Notes: generated by a model from the letters alone, not told the origin. A stretch of 64,000 bases of DNA from Felis catus (GCF_018350175.1 NC_058368.1:4278001-4342000); one strand, 5' to 3'; shown: positions 9,766 through 23,156, numbered from the stretch's first letter. A program made the numbers and translations.

Positions 9766-12594
9766 ATTGTTATCTGGTATTCATTCATACTTACATGTCC
9801 AGTAAAAAAAAAAATGGTGATGGGAATACAAATTTGTTTTCCCCTCTTGCTCCCCGCGTGGGGGTCTCCCTAAGTTCTGATCCTTCCAGTGTAACACTCC
9901 CTCCCTGGCCCCTCAAATGTCATGAGGGAGATTTGAAATCCTTCCTGGTGACCCGGTTCTATTTCTCAGGCATGTCAGACTACTGAAGAATGCTCTGAGT
10001 TATTTGAGAAGCTTTGGCATCAAGATTTTATTACGATCTCTTCTTTTGCCTCCTTCATTTCCTGACATAAATAGGGGAAAAATAAAGGAGAAGTTTTATA
10101 CTCATTCTTTCCAGAGGTCAGTAGACTGTTTTCCTGCAGAGGAGTGGACTAAACTCCCACAGAGCAACATCGGTCACTGTGAGAGTTTCGTCTTGCCTTC
10201 CCAGCTTCTGACCTTCCTTCCCTTCAGTAAAGCTTTGAAAGCTATTATTAGATTTTGAGAGAGGACTTTAAACTTCCTGGAAAAAATTAGGTTATTTGAA
10301 AGTGACGCCATATTCTCTCCGCTGGTTAGTCCGTGGTGTTAAACGACACTACAGATTCCCTGAGGGAAGGACATTAGCTGGTGTCCCTCTTTCATACCGC
10401 CACCCGCACACCAGCTCCTTGGCTCATGTAGACGTTTCCTGTATCCACGCGTACTGGTTGAGCTCGTGGGTGCCCTCAACTCTCTGAGAAAAGCAACTCA
10501 AAGCTTGTGAGGTTCTAACAGGAGGTCTGAAGGATCCCGTAGCCACACAAACAACTTATTTTCACTGTCATCACTATAATGAAGGTCTCCCTGCGGCTGG
10601 CCGGTTGTCGTTCTTTGTCCCATTTTAACTTGAGAAGGTATTGTCTGATTTTCTTAAAAAGGATTCGGCATAGGCAGCTTAAATTTATCATTCAGTCAGG
10701 TTGAAACTAAACGACACTGAGAATTCCCCAAACCTTCTAGAACACCTAAGAAACTTCAGTGTGACCTCGTAAGTGATTCTAGACATGTAATTATACAGAA
10801 TGAAGTCAACAGCTCACCGTGATGGTGGTTATGTCACATTTCAGCCCGAGGAAGGTCCCAGGGCGTCTCCTGTAGGGATCAAGCAGATCAGGGTCAGGTC
10901 TGTCCATAAACCACCAGAGGCATTTGAATCCGTGTGATTTATGGCTGCTTTCACATTAGCCTCTCCGAAAGACTTGAATTCTCAAAACCACTTTCTCTGG
11001 GACCATGGGTGGTCTTATGAAGCGGGCTTCCATTGTTTGTCCATAAAGGCAGGATTTTGTCTTACCGTGATTTCCCACGGCCTTAACTATTTCTGCTTAA
11101 GACAGAGCTGTGTTCTGTCACTTTTGTTTGGTGTTGAACTGAGCCGGCAGGACTCCGCAGAGGGATTTTCCCCACCGGGGTTGGCTATTTACAGTCAACA
11201 GAAGATGTAGGGAACTGTCCACGGCAATCCTTGAACAGCAGGTTAGGGAGGGAGGCTGCCTCTCAGCCAGGCACACGTCACCCCCTGCGCGGATCAGGTA
11301 CGATCGTTTCCCTTGAAGTTCCACACGCAGACGTAGCTCCTCTCAGAAGCCTCCATCCGAGAAAACCCTGCTTCCTAGGTCAGTCCGTCCTTCCTGCCTT
11401 CACCCGTCTGTCCATTCGTTCAGTATGCACGTGCATGAGCAGTAGCACAGAGTTGCAAACGCAGTGCCAGGGGTGACGCAAACAAGGGAGTGTGAGGGAG
11501 ACAAACCTTCGAAGTATTTATAAAATAGGTCTTTGTTGTAAAGACGTAAGGGCACATTCTTCTGAGGCATGGGGAGGGGGGCAGTGGCGTCGGGGAAAGT
11601 CAGGACTGGCGCAGAAGCTGGGTGAGGACCGAGGCAGGCCAGCAGGGAGCCGGGATGGGTGGAAGGTGCTGGCACGTGGACAGGCCCAGCTTGTTCCGGG
11701 AGTGCAGAGAGGTGCAGGGCAGCGGGGGGAGCGAGGGGGGAGCTGCTGAGGCCCGAGTGGCAGCTTGACAAGTGTCTGGAGTTCTCTGCCCTGGGCTTTG
11801 AACTTGACCCCGTAGGGCATTTACTTGCCTTCAAACAGATGAGTGACACTGACGTGAAGACTCCGAAACATCTAGTCTTTCAGAAGCTTGGAGGTTGCCC
11901 AACCAGGGCGAGGTAGACCCCTTTCCAGACTCTGGATGGCCCCGGGCGTGGAGGGCACGTGGCCACCTGGAAGAAGGGGCGGGAAGTGGACAGTCGGCCC
12001 CTGGTTAGGAAACTCTGAGCCTGAGGTCTTTTCTCCCGCCATCGAGGTCGCCTTGGTCCTGTTCTGATTTCGAGGGGGGCGGTGCTGACCCCGGGATCTG
12101 TGTTCGGGACTTGGCTGCACCCCCTGCTGACATCTCAGAAAACGCGGCTGCTTCACTGTGTGTTCCCCATGTGGCCGACCGCCTCCCCCAGGGAACCCAG
12201 AAGGAGGCTGGCCTCTGGCTTGGGGGTGGCGGCAACGCTCGGCGGCCCGCCCCGGACGTGCCACCACGTCCGTGGCCGCAGCCCCTCTGCTCCCCGGCTC
12301 TGGGCATGCCTGCCACGACACAGGGCTGTGGCCGACTCGCCGTGGATGCTTCAGCCCCAAATCCACGCACAGGGACCAGCTCGAGATGGAGGCCAAGCGT
12401 CCAGTCGAGAGGAGCCGCGCGGAGGACCCCAGGGCCTCCCCGAGCCCTGTCCTCACCCTCGAAGTTCATCCACGTGCTCTCCAGGGACCCAGAACTAACC
12501 AGCCGCGGCTGCTGCGATAACACGATGAAAAGTGTGCATCTTTCTGTAGAAGGGAGGGTTCGTGCCAATGTCGCTAAGGCCCAGCCTCGGATCT

Positions 12595-12626
<32 letters not shown>
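12595..12626. repeat. (GA)n microsatellite
   Basis: Direct inspection. Confidence 0.95.
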
Positions 12627-12628
<2 letters not shown>

Positions 12629-13190
12629 GGATTTATGGTGTTTTTTTCAAACGCAAGATTTGGGAAGCAGGTGCCAATGTGGGGAGGGAAGATTAGAATT
12701 CATAACTGTGAAAGATTAAGTTTCTCCTCCTTCGATCATCGGTTTCGTCTTTCCTTCGCGCCCCTCACCACAAGACCCAACCTCTTGGTCTCCAGCCTTC
12801 CAGCAGATGCGGAGGCTGCCTCCCCCCCTTTGCCCGACAGTCCCTGGCTGGATGACAGAGCAGCGCACAGAACAAAACGAGGAGAGGCGGCCCAGGGCTG
12901 CACTCAAGTCCTGTCTGACTGGAGACTTCGCATTCCCGCGAGGAATCTCACATTTAATAAATCTGCCAGGGGAATACCTGAGCTTGGCCGTCAAATCTGA
13001 TGACAAGGCGCCTTTGCAGACGCCCTTTCTTGAAATGAAGTGTCATGGGGAAGCCACGGAAGGCCAGGTTCCAAGTGACGCCTCTGTGGAGAATGTCTTC
13101 CTCTTTCAGCTTATAAACCGGTCAACTACCCACGACTGAAGATCCCAGGTCATTCTCTGGGCAGATCCCAATTAGACGCCGTGTCGGGGA

Positions 13191-13587
13191 GTGTGGTGGC
13201 TAATTTTACGCGTCGACTTGGCTGGATCCTGAGACCCAGATGTTTTGGTCCAACATCAGTCCAGATGTGGCCGGGAAGGTGTTTAGATGAGATTGGAACC
13301 AGTAGACTCTGAGTAAAACAGTTTACTCCCCATGCTGTGGTGGGCCTCATCCAATCAGGTAAGGTTTTAAGAGAATAAACTGAGGCTCCCTGAGGTGGGG
13401 GGAATGCTGCCTCCTCTCTGCCTTCAGACCTGGGTCCCCGCCTGCTGGCCTGCCCTGTGAATTTCACACTTGTCAGCCCCCACAGTCTCTTGAGCTAATT
13501 CCTTAAAACAAATCTTTTTACACACACACACACACTGACACTGGCACCCTATTGGTTCTGTTTCTCTGAAAAGCCCAGGTTAATGCA
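13191..13587 (+). mobile_element. MLT2-type (ERVL) solo LTR
   Basis: tgtggtggctaatttta...gggcctcatccaatcag...cctattggttctgtttctctg...taatgca, with TG...CA ends. Confidence 0.85.
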
Positions 13588-13712
13588 AGAACTAACCAAT
13601 CACTCCATCCCCCCAACTAAATAGACACCGGTGACCAAACATAGCAAAGTGTTCTCTGTTGGGCAGACCGGTAGAATCTCAGGGGACTCAAGGCTTTCTG
13701 AAAAGTCAGAGG

Positions 13713-13897
13713 GGGGCGCCTGGGGGGCTCAGACGGTTGAGCATCCGACTTGGGCTCAGGTCATGATCTCGCAGTTCGTGGGTTCGAGCCCCGCGTCAGG
13801 CTCTGTGCTGACAGCTCGGAGTCTGGAGCCTGCTTCGGATTCTCTCTCTCTCTCTCTCTCTCGCTCCCAAAAATAAATAAATATTTTTTTAAAAAAA
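13713..13897 (+). mobile_element. Can-SINE
   Basis: ggggcgcctgggggg ctcag... head, CT tract, A-rich tail. Confidence 0.95.
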
Positions 13898-14815
13898 GCC
13901 ACAGAACCCAGAAGTCATTGGTCTGTCAGACAGAAAATACAGAAAATACTGCGACTTCTCGACTTTGTCTTCAGACAGCTCCTCTGTGCTCCTCCTTCCC
14001 TTCCGTTCCACCAGTAGCACAGGCTGAGGTCCCCACCCCGCACTCTCCACTCCTCTCTACTCTGCCTCTCACCGCAGTGGACATCCCACATTGAGGGAAA
14101 GGCCTGGCCCCGGCTGGTTCAAATGCGATGACTACCTCTTAGTTCGGGGAGCGCAGGGGAAACAAAGGCCGCGGTCCCATTCTAGAAGAATGGCCAGATC
14201 GATTCTCTCTGAGGGGAGCCTTTGCATGAAAGCCCCCGGCTGGCCTGTATTATTAGACATGCAAAACGGTCTACAGTGTGTGATCTCAACTGGCCGAGAG
14301 CCACGGGGTCCTGTGAATTCGCCTGTCTCCTTGGCAGCCGGGCAGTGGGAAGTACTTGAATGCAAGAGGGTGACACACAGAAAGAGCCCGAGGTCCTCGG
14401 TGACTCAGAGACAGCGTCCGAGCAAGAGCCTCATCTTCTACGCTTCTCAAGTATCGTTTCGGTGACTCCGGTAGAAACTTGTTCCCCAAGACCCAAAGCA
14501 AAAAGTCCCTGCAGGCCAAACTTCTTCCAAAGAGCCGACCCCACCTATATAACCGTCTGAGTCCCTCCCGGGGGAGCTCTCTGTTTTCATTCTGAACACA
14601 GGCTCTGCATTGCTCTCGGACTTGGGGACTTGGGGTCCTAGGAATGGCATCTCCAGGACGTTTCTCTCACTGACTTAAAGGTGCAGCATGCCGTTTCTTA
14701 GGTCAACAAATTCAGTTGCTGATTTCCAACGCTTCTCGAAACAAATGATTGATTTTGTTAGTGGAGACCGTGAGGCTGAGTTTTAGAAAAATCATACAGG
14801 AAAAAGTACAGTGGA

Positions 14816-15032
14816 GAGGCATCTGGGTGGCTCAGTTGGCTAAGCGTCCGGCTTCGGCTCAGGTCATGATCTCACGGCTTGTGGGTTCGAGCCCCGTGCC
14901 GGGCTCTGCACTCATAGCTCAGAGCCTAGATTCTCTCTCTTCAGTTTCTCTCTCTCTGCCCCTCTCCTGTTCATACTTTGTCTTTCTCTCTGTCTCTCTC
15001 AAAATAAATAAACACAATAAAAAAATTTTTTT
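14816..15032 (+). mobile_element. Can-SINE
   Basis: Full head and tail; TSD-like aagtacagtgga / aagtagagtgga. Confidence 0.95.
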
Positions 15033-15091
15033 AAGTAGAGTGGAATCTGTCACACAAAACAAGCTCATAGCACATCCAAGGTATTCCTCGC

Positions 15092-15286
15092 TTTTTTGAG
15101 AGAGAGTGGGCCGTGGGTGCACATGAGCAGGGGAGGGGCAGAGAGAGAGAAAGAGACAGGAAATCTTAAGCAGACTCCCCACCCAGTGAGGAAACGGACT
15201 CAGGGCTTGATCTCAAGACTGAGATCATGACCTGAGCTGAACTCAAGAGTTGGACCTTTAGCCGACCAAGCCACCCAGGCATCCCC
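15092..15286 (-). mobile_element. Can-SINE
   Basis: Reverse head gccacccaggcatcccc; TSD-like ccaaggtatt. Confidence 0.93.
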
Positions 15287-15699
15287 AAGGTATTTCTCAT
15301 TTTTAAACATATTTATCTAGCTTGCTGTGCCCCTATATTCACAATCTATAGCTTGCTGGGTATCATTACTAGTTTTTCACCAAAATTCAATCCAACGAAT
15401 AAAGAGTTACCACAATAAAGGATATGCCAACTTTGGAGACAGCTTCAAAAGATACATTTCAAAGAAGTCTTAAGTAACAGTAACATTATCAGAATAACAA
15501 GTTGCCCAACCAAGGGACCTCTTTGAAGTTAATGATACTTATCTGGATATTCAAGGCTTGTTTGTTTTTTTAAATCCTAATACTTGACAGCTAGACCTTG
15601 TACATTGGATGTTTCTGTCAGGGTGATGAATAAACTCAAAACCAGATTCCTCACTTGGAGATCCGCTGACGATAGTGTGTAACATTTGAAAACAACTCG

Positions 15700-15950
15700 T
15701 CTCTTACTGAGCACTTTGACACCAGTATTCCATTGGATTTTCACATCTTCCCGTGAGTACTGTCATTAGCTTCATCTTCCAGATGAACAAATGAAGATTC
15801 AAGGAGATAAATAACCAGGCTTCAAGTCAGGAAACAGTAGAAATTGGTAGAAAACACGTTTAAAAAAAAAAAAAGTTTTCAGCCAGCAAGTGGTAGGGCT
15901 GGGATTTGAACCCTGGACTTCTGACTCTGTAAGCCATGATCTTTCTGCCA
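15700..15950. mobile_element. MIR fragment
   Basis: cagatgaacaaatgaagattc...ggctgggatttgaaccctggacttctgactc resembles the MIR core. Confidence 0.7.
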
Positions 15951-17269
15951 TACAATGCTTAACAAGCAACTTTCCACACTGAAGTGCAATGAGAAGAGAT
16001 TCCACGTTTCATGAGCATGCTTGTGCAGAATGAAGGCATAAGATTGAAACAGCAGAGCCCAAGCGAGGCTCCTTGCTTTGCCTTATAGCCCTAACATAGA
16101 GCTGGAAGGAACCTTAGCAACTGTCTGGACTAGCGGTTCGGCATGGTGGTCTGTGGGTCCCCAGATCCAGAGCTCTGAGGAGGCCGCCCAGGGAGAGAGA
16201 GAGAGAGAGAGAGAGCGACACCTGGGCTGGGAAACTGGCGCTGCTCTGAACACAAGACGATTCACCTCTTCGGTGTGCACATGGAGATACACGGACCCAG
16301 AGAATCTCAACTTCATCCTTGGTCTCCTGGCTCCAAATTCACCGATCTTCCTCCTCATCCAGGCTGGACTCCACCCTAACTTCTCTCTTTTCGGGCAGGA
16401 GACCGAACTGGAGAACCACACCACCGCTGCCCATGGCTTGCTAACGACTATGCTATGATTACATCCCTCCTTCCCCAACCCTCCTGTGCCTCCCCAGCCT
16501 CACAATGCCAAGTCCTGACTCCTCAGCAGGACAGCCAAGGCTCTTCAGGACCTGGCCTCAGGTCACCAGCTCAGCTTCATGTCCCTCGGTCTCCTGTGCA
16601 TCTCAGTCTCTCCCTCCACCCCACGCCCCAGGTCTCAGCTCTGGGCTCACTGAGGCGGCTGAGCTCCCAACACGCCGGGTCTGCTCTCGGACCTTCGCAC
16701 GGCACTCCAGCAAGGTCGTGCCTCCCGGTCTCCTGGGGAGCTCAGACTTCAGTCTCAAACCATTAGCGCATCCCTGGTAATGTCCCTAAGCTCCTTGCAC
16801 ACTTTGAAATATTTCCCCCTAAGGATTCCGTTGTTCTGCCCTGATTTTAGCAACTGTTATATTACTTCATGATCGCTTGCGTGAATTATCTTTCTTCTCA
16901 CTAGGCTGCCAGCAAGGAATTTTGTCTTTCCAGTTCTGCAGTTCTAGCCTAGAATAGTGTTTGGCACAAGATGGGTGTTTATGTACCCATTTACTATGAT
17001 GCATATTTATTTTTAATTTTTGTCAATTTAAATAATTATTAATAAAATAATAAATATTATAATAAACATTACACCAATAGTTACGGATAGACAGTAATTG
17101 ATGCATTACTTCTTAATTACAAAATTAACTGTAAATGTTAATTAAGTACAATTTTAATATCTTTTTCATAAATATGCATTTATTGTATATGGATTAAATA
17201 AATAAGTACATTTACTTCACAAATGAATGACTCTCAGATGCCTGAAAGCCCTACAGCCCTTAGAATAAA

Positions 17270-17503
17270 TTACAAATGCTTTATCCTGGCCTTCAAGGCC
17301 CTTTCTGATCCAATCCTTGCCCACCCCTCAATCATCTCACGCTACTCTCCCACTGGCTCCCTTCTTTTCTACACCTGGGCATTTGCACAGTTCTTCCCTT
17401 GAATTTTGATGGCTGATTTAGACTTATCCGAGGACTCACCTCAGGTGCACTCCCCCGCAAGAACTTTTCCCTGATCACTCTCATCTAAAATGCATATACC
17501 CTC

Positions 17504-17543
<40 letters not shown>

Positions 17544-17740
17544 ATTTACTTCCCTCTTGATGCTCAGCGTTTATTAATGTACAACATTCACTGATTTTTT
17601 TCATCATCTGCTTCCCAATATAATGATCAAGTCCCAAATAGGGAAGAACATTGTCTTTCTCATTCATCATTAAATCCCGAGTCTGGAGTATCATGGGCAC
17701 ATAGTAAATGCTTAAATGTTTGTTGAACAAATGATAAATG
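17270..17740 (+). mobile_element. L2 3' fragment with embedded (CA)n at ~17508-17540
   Basis: ctggccttcaaggccc...gggcatttgcacag...ggcacatagtaaatgcttaaatgtttgttgaac. Confidence 0.7.
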
Positions 17741-17929
17741 GGGTCAAGCATCTGTGTGTTTTATACAGTTGCTGGCTTCCTGCGACCTCCCCCTGACTTC
17801 TGACGTATTTACTCTGACCTTCGGTTCAGCATCAGACTAGACAACATGTCGCGGCTCATATTTGGGGACGAGGCAGTGACCTAACAGACTCATGGGGCTT
17901 TTTCCCCGGAAGAAGGGATAGATTTACAG

Positions 17930-18142
17930 AGGCAATACAATGTAGTGGTTAAAAGCCTGGGCTCTGAAGTCAGACTGAAAAGAATCCTACCCCCACACTC
18001 AACAGCTGTTGAGTGTCACCTGGTCCCCAAGCACCAGGTTCCTCCATTACCAAAAGGAGGCAATAATTGTCCCTACCTCACCGTAGAGTCATGAGAATTA
18101 ACTACGAGCTTAATGCACAAAAGCCCAGAGTTAATATTCATC

Positions 18143-18182
<40 letters not shown>

Positions 18183-18183
18183 T
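17930..18183. mobile_element. MIR fragment followed by (TTA)n microsatellite (~18142-18183)
   Basis: gtagtggttaaaagcctgggctctgaagtcagac...cctacctcac. Confidence 0.75.
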
Positions 18184-18759
18184 TCCAGGTCCCCCAAAGG
18201 CTACATAGTCCAAATGTCCAAGAACAGAGTCAGTGGCTTGATGCAAATTGACACAAAGACAAAAACAAAGAGACCAGATCCCAATCTGAGTTTCGCCACC
18301 CTGGGCACATCCCTTCTCTGGACCTCATTTGTCTCATTCTGTAAATAAATGGATCCGATTTCATAAGCTCCTTCAGGCCCTCGGGTTCTGCGATCTGAGA
18401 TCTTGGCTTACGGAGACTCTAACGTGCCACGCGTGCACCGGGGTGGGGAGAGCTGTGACGTCACCCAGCTGTCCCTGCCATCTCCCCCCCCCCCCCGAGC
18501 TCACTTCCATACCCGTCATGTCCCCATGGGTGGCAAGTGTCCAGTTCAAGCCCCAGCATCCCCTCCTCCCTCCACGTCATCTCAGGAAAGTAGCAGGACC
18601 TGGCGTGACCACCCCCACGGCCTCCCGCTGCCACATTATTTCTGGCTGCTGTTGGAGCGGACACACCCCCCAGAAAAAGTTTGTAGACCACAGAATGCAG
18701 GAGCTGCCACGGGTCTCTGGGAGGTCATCTAACCCCTTTTTCCTCTCTCAAAAATATCT

Positions 18760-19102
18760 ATCCATCCACAGATAAAGGGGCAAGCAAGATGTGGCAAATA
18801 TATCCCGTGGAATATCGTTCAGTCACGTACAATACGGATGAAGCTGGAAGACCCCATGCTCAGTGAAATAAAGGATAAATATCGTATGGTTCCATCGATA
18901 TGAAGTAGACCCAGACTGGGCAAATCCATAGAGACACAAGTAAAGTAGAGCGCAGAGTTTCTGCTGGAGAAGACGGGAGAGTTTCGGGTGTAGACGGTGC
19001 TGATGGGTATAGGACATCATGGATGTATTTAATGCCGCTAATTGTACACTCACGAATGGGTAAGATGGTCAGTTTTATTTGATAAATATTGTACCACAGC
19101 AA
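18760..19102 (+). mobile_element. L1M 3'-end fragment
   Basis: atggttccatcgatatgaagtag...ggcaaatccatagagaca...aatgggtaagatggtcagtttta. Confidence 0.75.
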
Positions 19103-19136
19103 TTTTTTTTAAGTATTTATTTATTTTGTGAGGGGG

Positions 19137-19170
<34 letters not shown>

Positions 19171-19487
19171 GAGAGGACAAGCTGCAGAGGGAAAGAGAAA
19201 GGGAGAGAGAGAGACAGGATTGCAAGCACAGTTTTTTTTAATTTTGCTAATTTTTTAACCCCTAAGGGTTTAGACACCTAAAGGGTTTATTTATTTTTGA
19301 GAGAGGGAGAGATACAGAGCATGAGCAGGGGAGGGGCAGAAAAGGGGGGGGGGCACAGAATCCTAAGCAGGCGCCGGGCTCTGAACTGTCAGCACAGAGC
19401 CCGAAACAGGGCTCGAACTCACAAACGGGGAGATCTTGACCTGAGCCGAAGTCAGATGCTTAATCAATTGAGCCACCCAGGCACCCC
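19103..19487 (-). mobile_element. Can-SINE tail fragment (19103-19228) plus full Can-SINE (19284-19487)
   Basis: Two T-rich/(GA)n tails, one reverse head gagccacccaggcacccc. Confidence 0.9.
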
Positions 19488-19844
19488 ACGAGCACAATGT
19501 GTAAAACCTTAGTCTATTACCAATATCAGGACTCCCAGGGGCTCAGCCCAAACCGTCTGAGACTCCCAAAATGGGTCCCAAGAAGTTGGGACAAGCCTCC
19601 AGGTGATTCTAACAAAACAGGAGTCCGAGGACGACTCATCCAATCTGCTCAGTTTACAGCTGGGAAGACTGAGGCCTAAAGCCCACCCCCCTTCTAAAAC
19701 CACATAGCTGGTAGGAGAGGAAGCACCCACTCACACAGCATGTTGTCCCCAAAGACGCTTGTCACAACATGAATGGCCTTGGGGACACTCTGCAGGAAGG
19801 AGCAGGAACAGTGGGAGGTGGAGTGGAGCCACGTTAGGCGTGGC

Positions 19845-20025
19845 AGTTAGACTTCAGCTCAGGCCACAATCTCACGGTTCATGGGTTCAAACCCCACATC
19901 GGGCTCTGTGCTGCCAGCTCAGAGCCTGGAACCTGCATCGGATTCTGTGTCTCCCTTTCTCTCTTCCCCTCTCTCACTCACACTCTCTCTCTTTCTCTCA
20001 AAAAACAAATAAACATTAAAAAGTT
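19845..20025 (+). mobile_element. Can-SINE, 5' degenerate
   Basis: gacttcagctcaggccacaatctcacggttcatgggttcaa... with CT tract and tail. Confidence 0.9.
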
Positions 20026-21005
20026 AAAAGAATAGAAAAGAAAATTAGGGGACTGGAAAGTAGATGTGGGAAATGGAAGAGACCTACGATAGAATGCATG
20101 AAAAATAAAATGAGAAAGCCTCCCATATAGCTAATTAGGAGTTCCAGAAAGAGCGAACACAGAGGGGAAGGGAAAGAAAATGTTCAGAGACCGTTTTCCA
20201 GAACCACCTGTTATATCTACAGTTCCAGCCTTAGACCCAGGCGAGCAGGTGCCCGGCCGTGGGTCCTGCACCTCAGGGAGCATCCGTGCTGTGAAGTGCC
20301 TTCCTTGAGGTTTTCTATGTTCCCCTCCAAAGGCAAGGTCTGAGCAGGGCTGGCAGTGTTCACACAGGTGCCCAGAGCCTGGAACAAGGCCATCCGTACC
20401 CTGTGAGGCACTCTCTGACTATCTGGTTTAGGGGGTCAACCAGATGTTCCAGTAGACCTCAGGTCTTGTCCCTGTGGATTGTCCTGGGGTCCCCAGGGCC
20501 AGATCCTAGAGCCATGGTGGCGGCCTCGTGAGTGGGATCCCTCCCATTTGTCAAAGCAGCGTATCTTTCTGAGGATCACACGTGACTCAGCTGCCAAAAT
20601 GACGCTGACATACGATTTTGTTGACACAGATGGTTTCTAGGGACCCACAAAAGCTATCTGCTCCGGGCCCCACACATCTTATCATTTATCAGCAATGAAA
20701 ATTGCTGTGAGTAAAACCGTGAGTGTGAGCCTACATACCGCAAAAGACAGAGAACATCTTTAAAGCCACCAGAGAGGAAAGACGGCTGGCCACAAAGGCA
20801 TGGCAGCAGCCTGAGCCCGGAGCATAGAGGTCATGGGCTTTGGAAAGGTATTTTCAAAATGCTGAGGAAAACCCTCAATTCCGTATGCAGATTAAAATCC
20901 TGTTTAAATGCAAAGCTAAAATAATGACATCTTAAGACAAAACAGAGAATGTACCCAATAATGGAGCCTCACTGAGGAGCCAATATTTTTTATTCAAGAA
21001 GAAAA

Positions 21006-21210
21006 AGGGGTGCCTGGCTCAGTCAGTAGACCATGAGACTCTTGATCTCAGGATCGTGAGTTCAAGCCCCACATTGGGTATAGAGATTACTTTAAAAGGA
21101 GAAGAGAAGAGAAGAGAAGAGAAGAGAAGAGAAGAGAAGAGGAGAAAAGAGAAAAGGAAAGAAAAAGAAAAGAGAAAAGAAAAAAAAGGAAAGAAAAAGA
21201 AAGAAAAATG
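21006..21210 (+). mobile_element. Short Can-SINE with (GAAGA)n / GA-rich tail
   Basis: ggggtgcctggctcagtcagtaga...ttcaagccccacattgggtatagagattact followed by a pentamer repeat. Confidence 0.85.
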
Positions 21211-22161
21211 GTGGCCAAACAAAAAAATAATAAAAATAAATATCTGGACAAATCTGTTATAAGATAAAAATGATAACTATGGTTGAGAAGGGGGATTGAA
21301 AACAAAATGGGTGGTTTTTTTCCTCTTCATTTTGGGAAGTGTGTAAATGTATTAAAATATATAAAATTTTATACTTTATATGTCAATATTATTCTTGTCA
21401 ATTATAACTCAGTAAAGCTTTTGAATAAAGAAAGAGAAGTAGAACTAAAATTCACAATGGTAATAACATGAAGGATGGGAGAAGGAATCAGGGTTAAAGC
21501 TGTTTGTTTTCAGAAGATCTCCATGTTTTTAGAAGGTTAAAGATATTCACACTAGACTCTAAGGCAAGTATGTATTTTTAAAATGCAAGTGTAACCCACT
21601 TAAAAAAAAAAAAGGAACAGATTACATAACTTCCAAACCACTAGTGGGAAAAAAAATTGGCATGAAGAAGACTGCAAAAATTTTTCTTTTGAAAAACCCA
21701 AGAGAAGGCAGGAAGGAGAGAAAAGAAAAAAGACGGTAAGTAGAAAGCACAAAATAACACGGTTAATATCTCAGCGACCACAATTAACATAAATTGTCTA
21801 AACTCGACGGTAAAATGCGTAGACTAGCAGACTGAATAAATAACAAAATCCAGCTATGGGTTTTTTCGTTAAAAGAAACATGCCTGTAATGAAAGAAGGA
21901 AGAATAAGCAGAAGGAAAAAATATCCAGGTACGTACTGCTCAAAGAAAGCTAGGATAAGCGATATCAATACAAGAACAAATGAACTTTAACGTGAAAATA
22001 AATGTATTAGAGTTACAAAAGAGGACCATTGTATAATCGGAAAAAAACAACAGGAAATATAGCAACATATAAACCTAATGGGATAGGCTCAAATATAGAA
22101 GTGGACAAATAAAATATGGACAAGATATATAATATGGACAGAATTACACAGTGAAATTATT

Positions 22162-22608
22162 TTTTAATAGTTTTTTGGGGGGGGGGCGCCTGGGTGGCTC
22201 AGTCGGTTAAGCGTCCAACCTCAGCTCAGGTCATGATCTCGCGGTTCGTGAGTTCAAGCCCCGCATCGGGATCTGTGCTGATGGCTCAGAGCCTGGAGCC
22301 AGCTTTGGATCCCGTGTCTCCCTCTCTCTCGGCCCCTCCCCCACTCATGCTCTGTCTCTGTCTCTCAAAAACAAAGAAACATTAAAAAATTTTTTTAAAA
22401 ATAAAATAAAATTGTTTTGTTTTGTTTTTAATTTGAGAGGCAGAAAAAGAGAGAGAGTGCAGTGGAGGAGCAGTGAGACAGAATCTTAAGCAGGCTCCAC
22501 CCTCAGCACAGAGCAGGACGCAGGACTCAATCTCATGACCCTGGGATCATGACCTGAGCTGAAGTCAAGAGTCAGATGCTTAACCGACTGAGCCACCCAG
22601 ACGCCCCA
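22162..22608. mobile_element. Nested Can-SINEs: + copy (~22183-22410) inside the T-tail of a - copy (ends 22608)
   Basis: A shared outer TSD acagtgaaattatt at 22148-22161 and 22609-22622 brackets both copies. Confidence 0.9.
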
Positions 22609-23156
22609 ACAGTGAAATTATTGAATCGACCTTTCCAGTGGGAGATTTCAACACATTTCCCACAATAAATTCAGTGATGGTCCCATCAAAATCCTGACAG
22701 TTTTTTAATTGAACTTCACTGTGCTGATTCTAAACTTTTTCTGGAAGAGCTAAGGGTCAAGAATAGCCAAACATTTCTGGAGACGAATAAAGCGAAGACA
22801 CTGTAAAGAGAAGGGAATTATGCCAGTGCAGTGGTCACAGCAGAAACCAGAAAGAAGTGTAAACCAGACGTGAGAATATGACACAAGACAGGCAGCACTG
22901 AGGGTCACGGGGGGTGGGGGAGCGCCCAGGACCATCCGTTATCTGTAGGAGACTTTTAAATAAAGTCGGAGACCTAGCTGATGCCACGCACAAAAATAAA
23001 TCCCGTGTAAATTAAAGATCTAAACGTTCAAAGCAAAACTCGAAACTTTTAGGTTAAAATCTATTATGGCCTCAGGTGGGGAAAGATTTCTTTAATGAGA
23101 CATAAAAAAGAAAACCCACAAACCATAAGGGGGAAGATTGATAAATTTGACTGTAA

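Larger units (their letters stand above)
6819..9790 (+). other. TNFRSF19: TNFRSF19 terminal exon / 3'UTR
   Basis: Starts with GAAGCTTAA (E-A-stop of the human short isoform). The following sequence (…AATAAATCTGAACCAAACTGA…CCAGTTGCTTCTGAGCCAGACCAGCTGTAAGCTGAAAC…) matches the recalled human 3'UTR. Ends in an AT-rich block with AATAAA. Confidence 0.85.

Noticed and set aside
11400..13139. Long overlapping ORFs (up to 202 aa)
   Set aside because: Open in several frames on both strands, P/G/R/A-rich, with no recognisable homology; expected from high GC.
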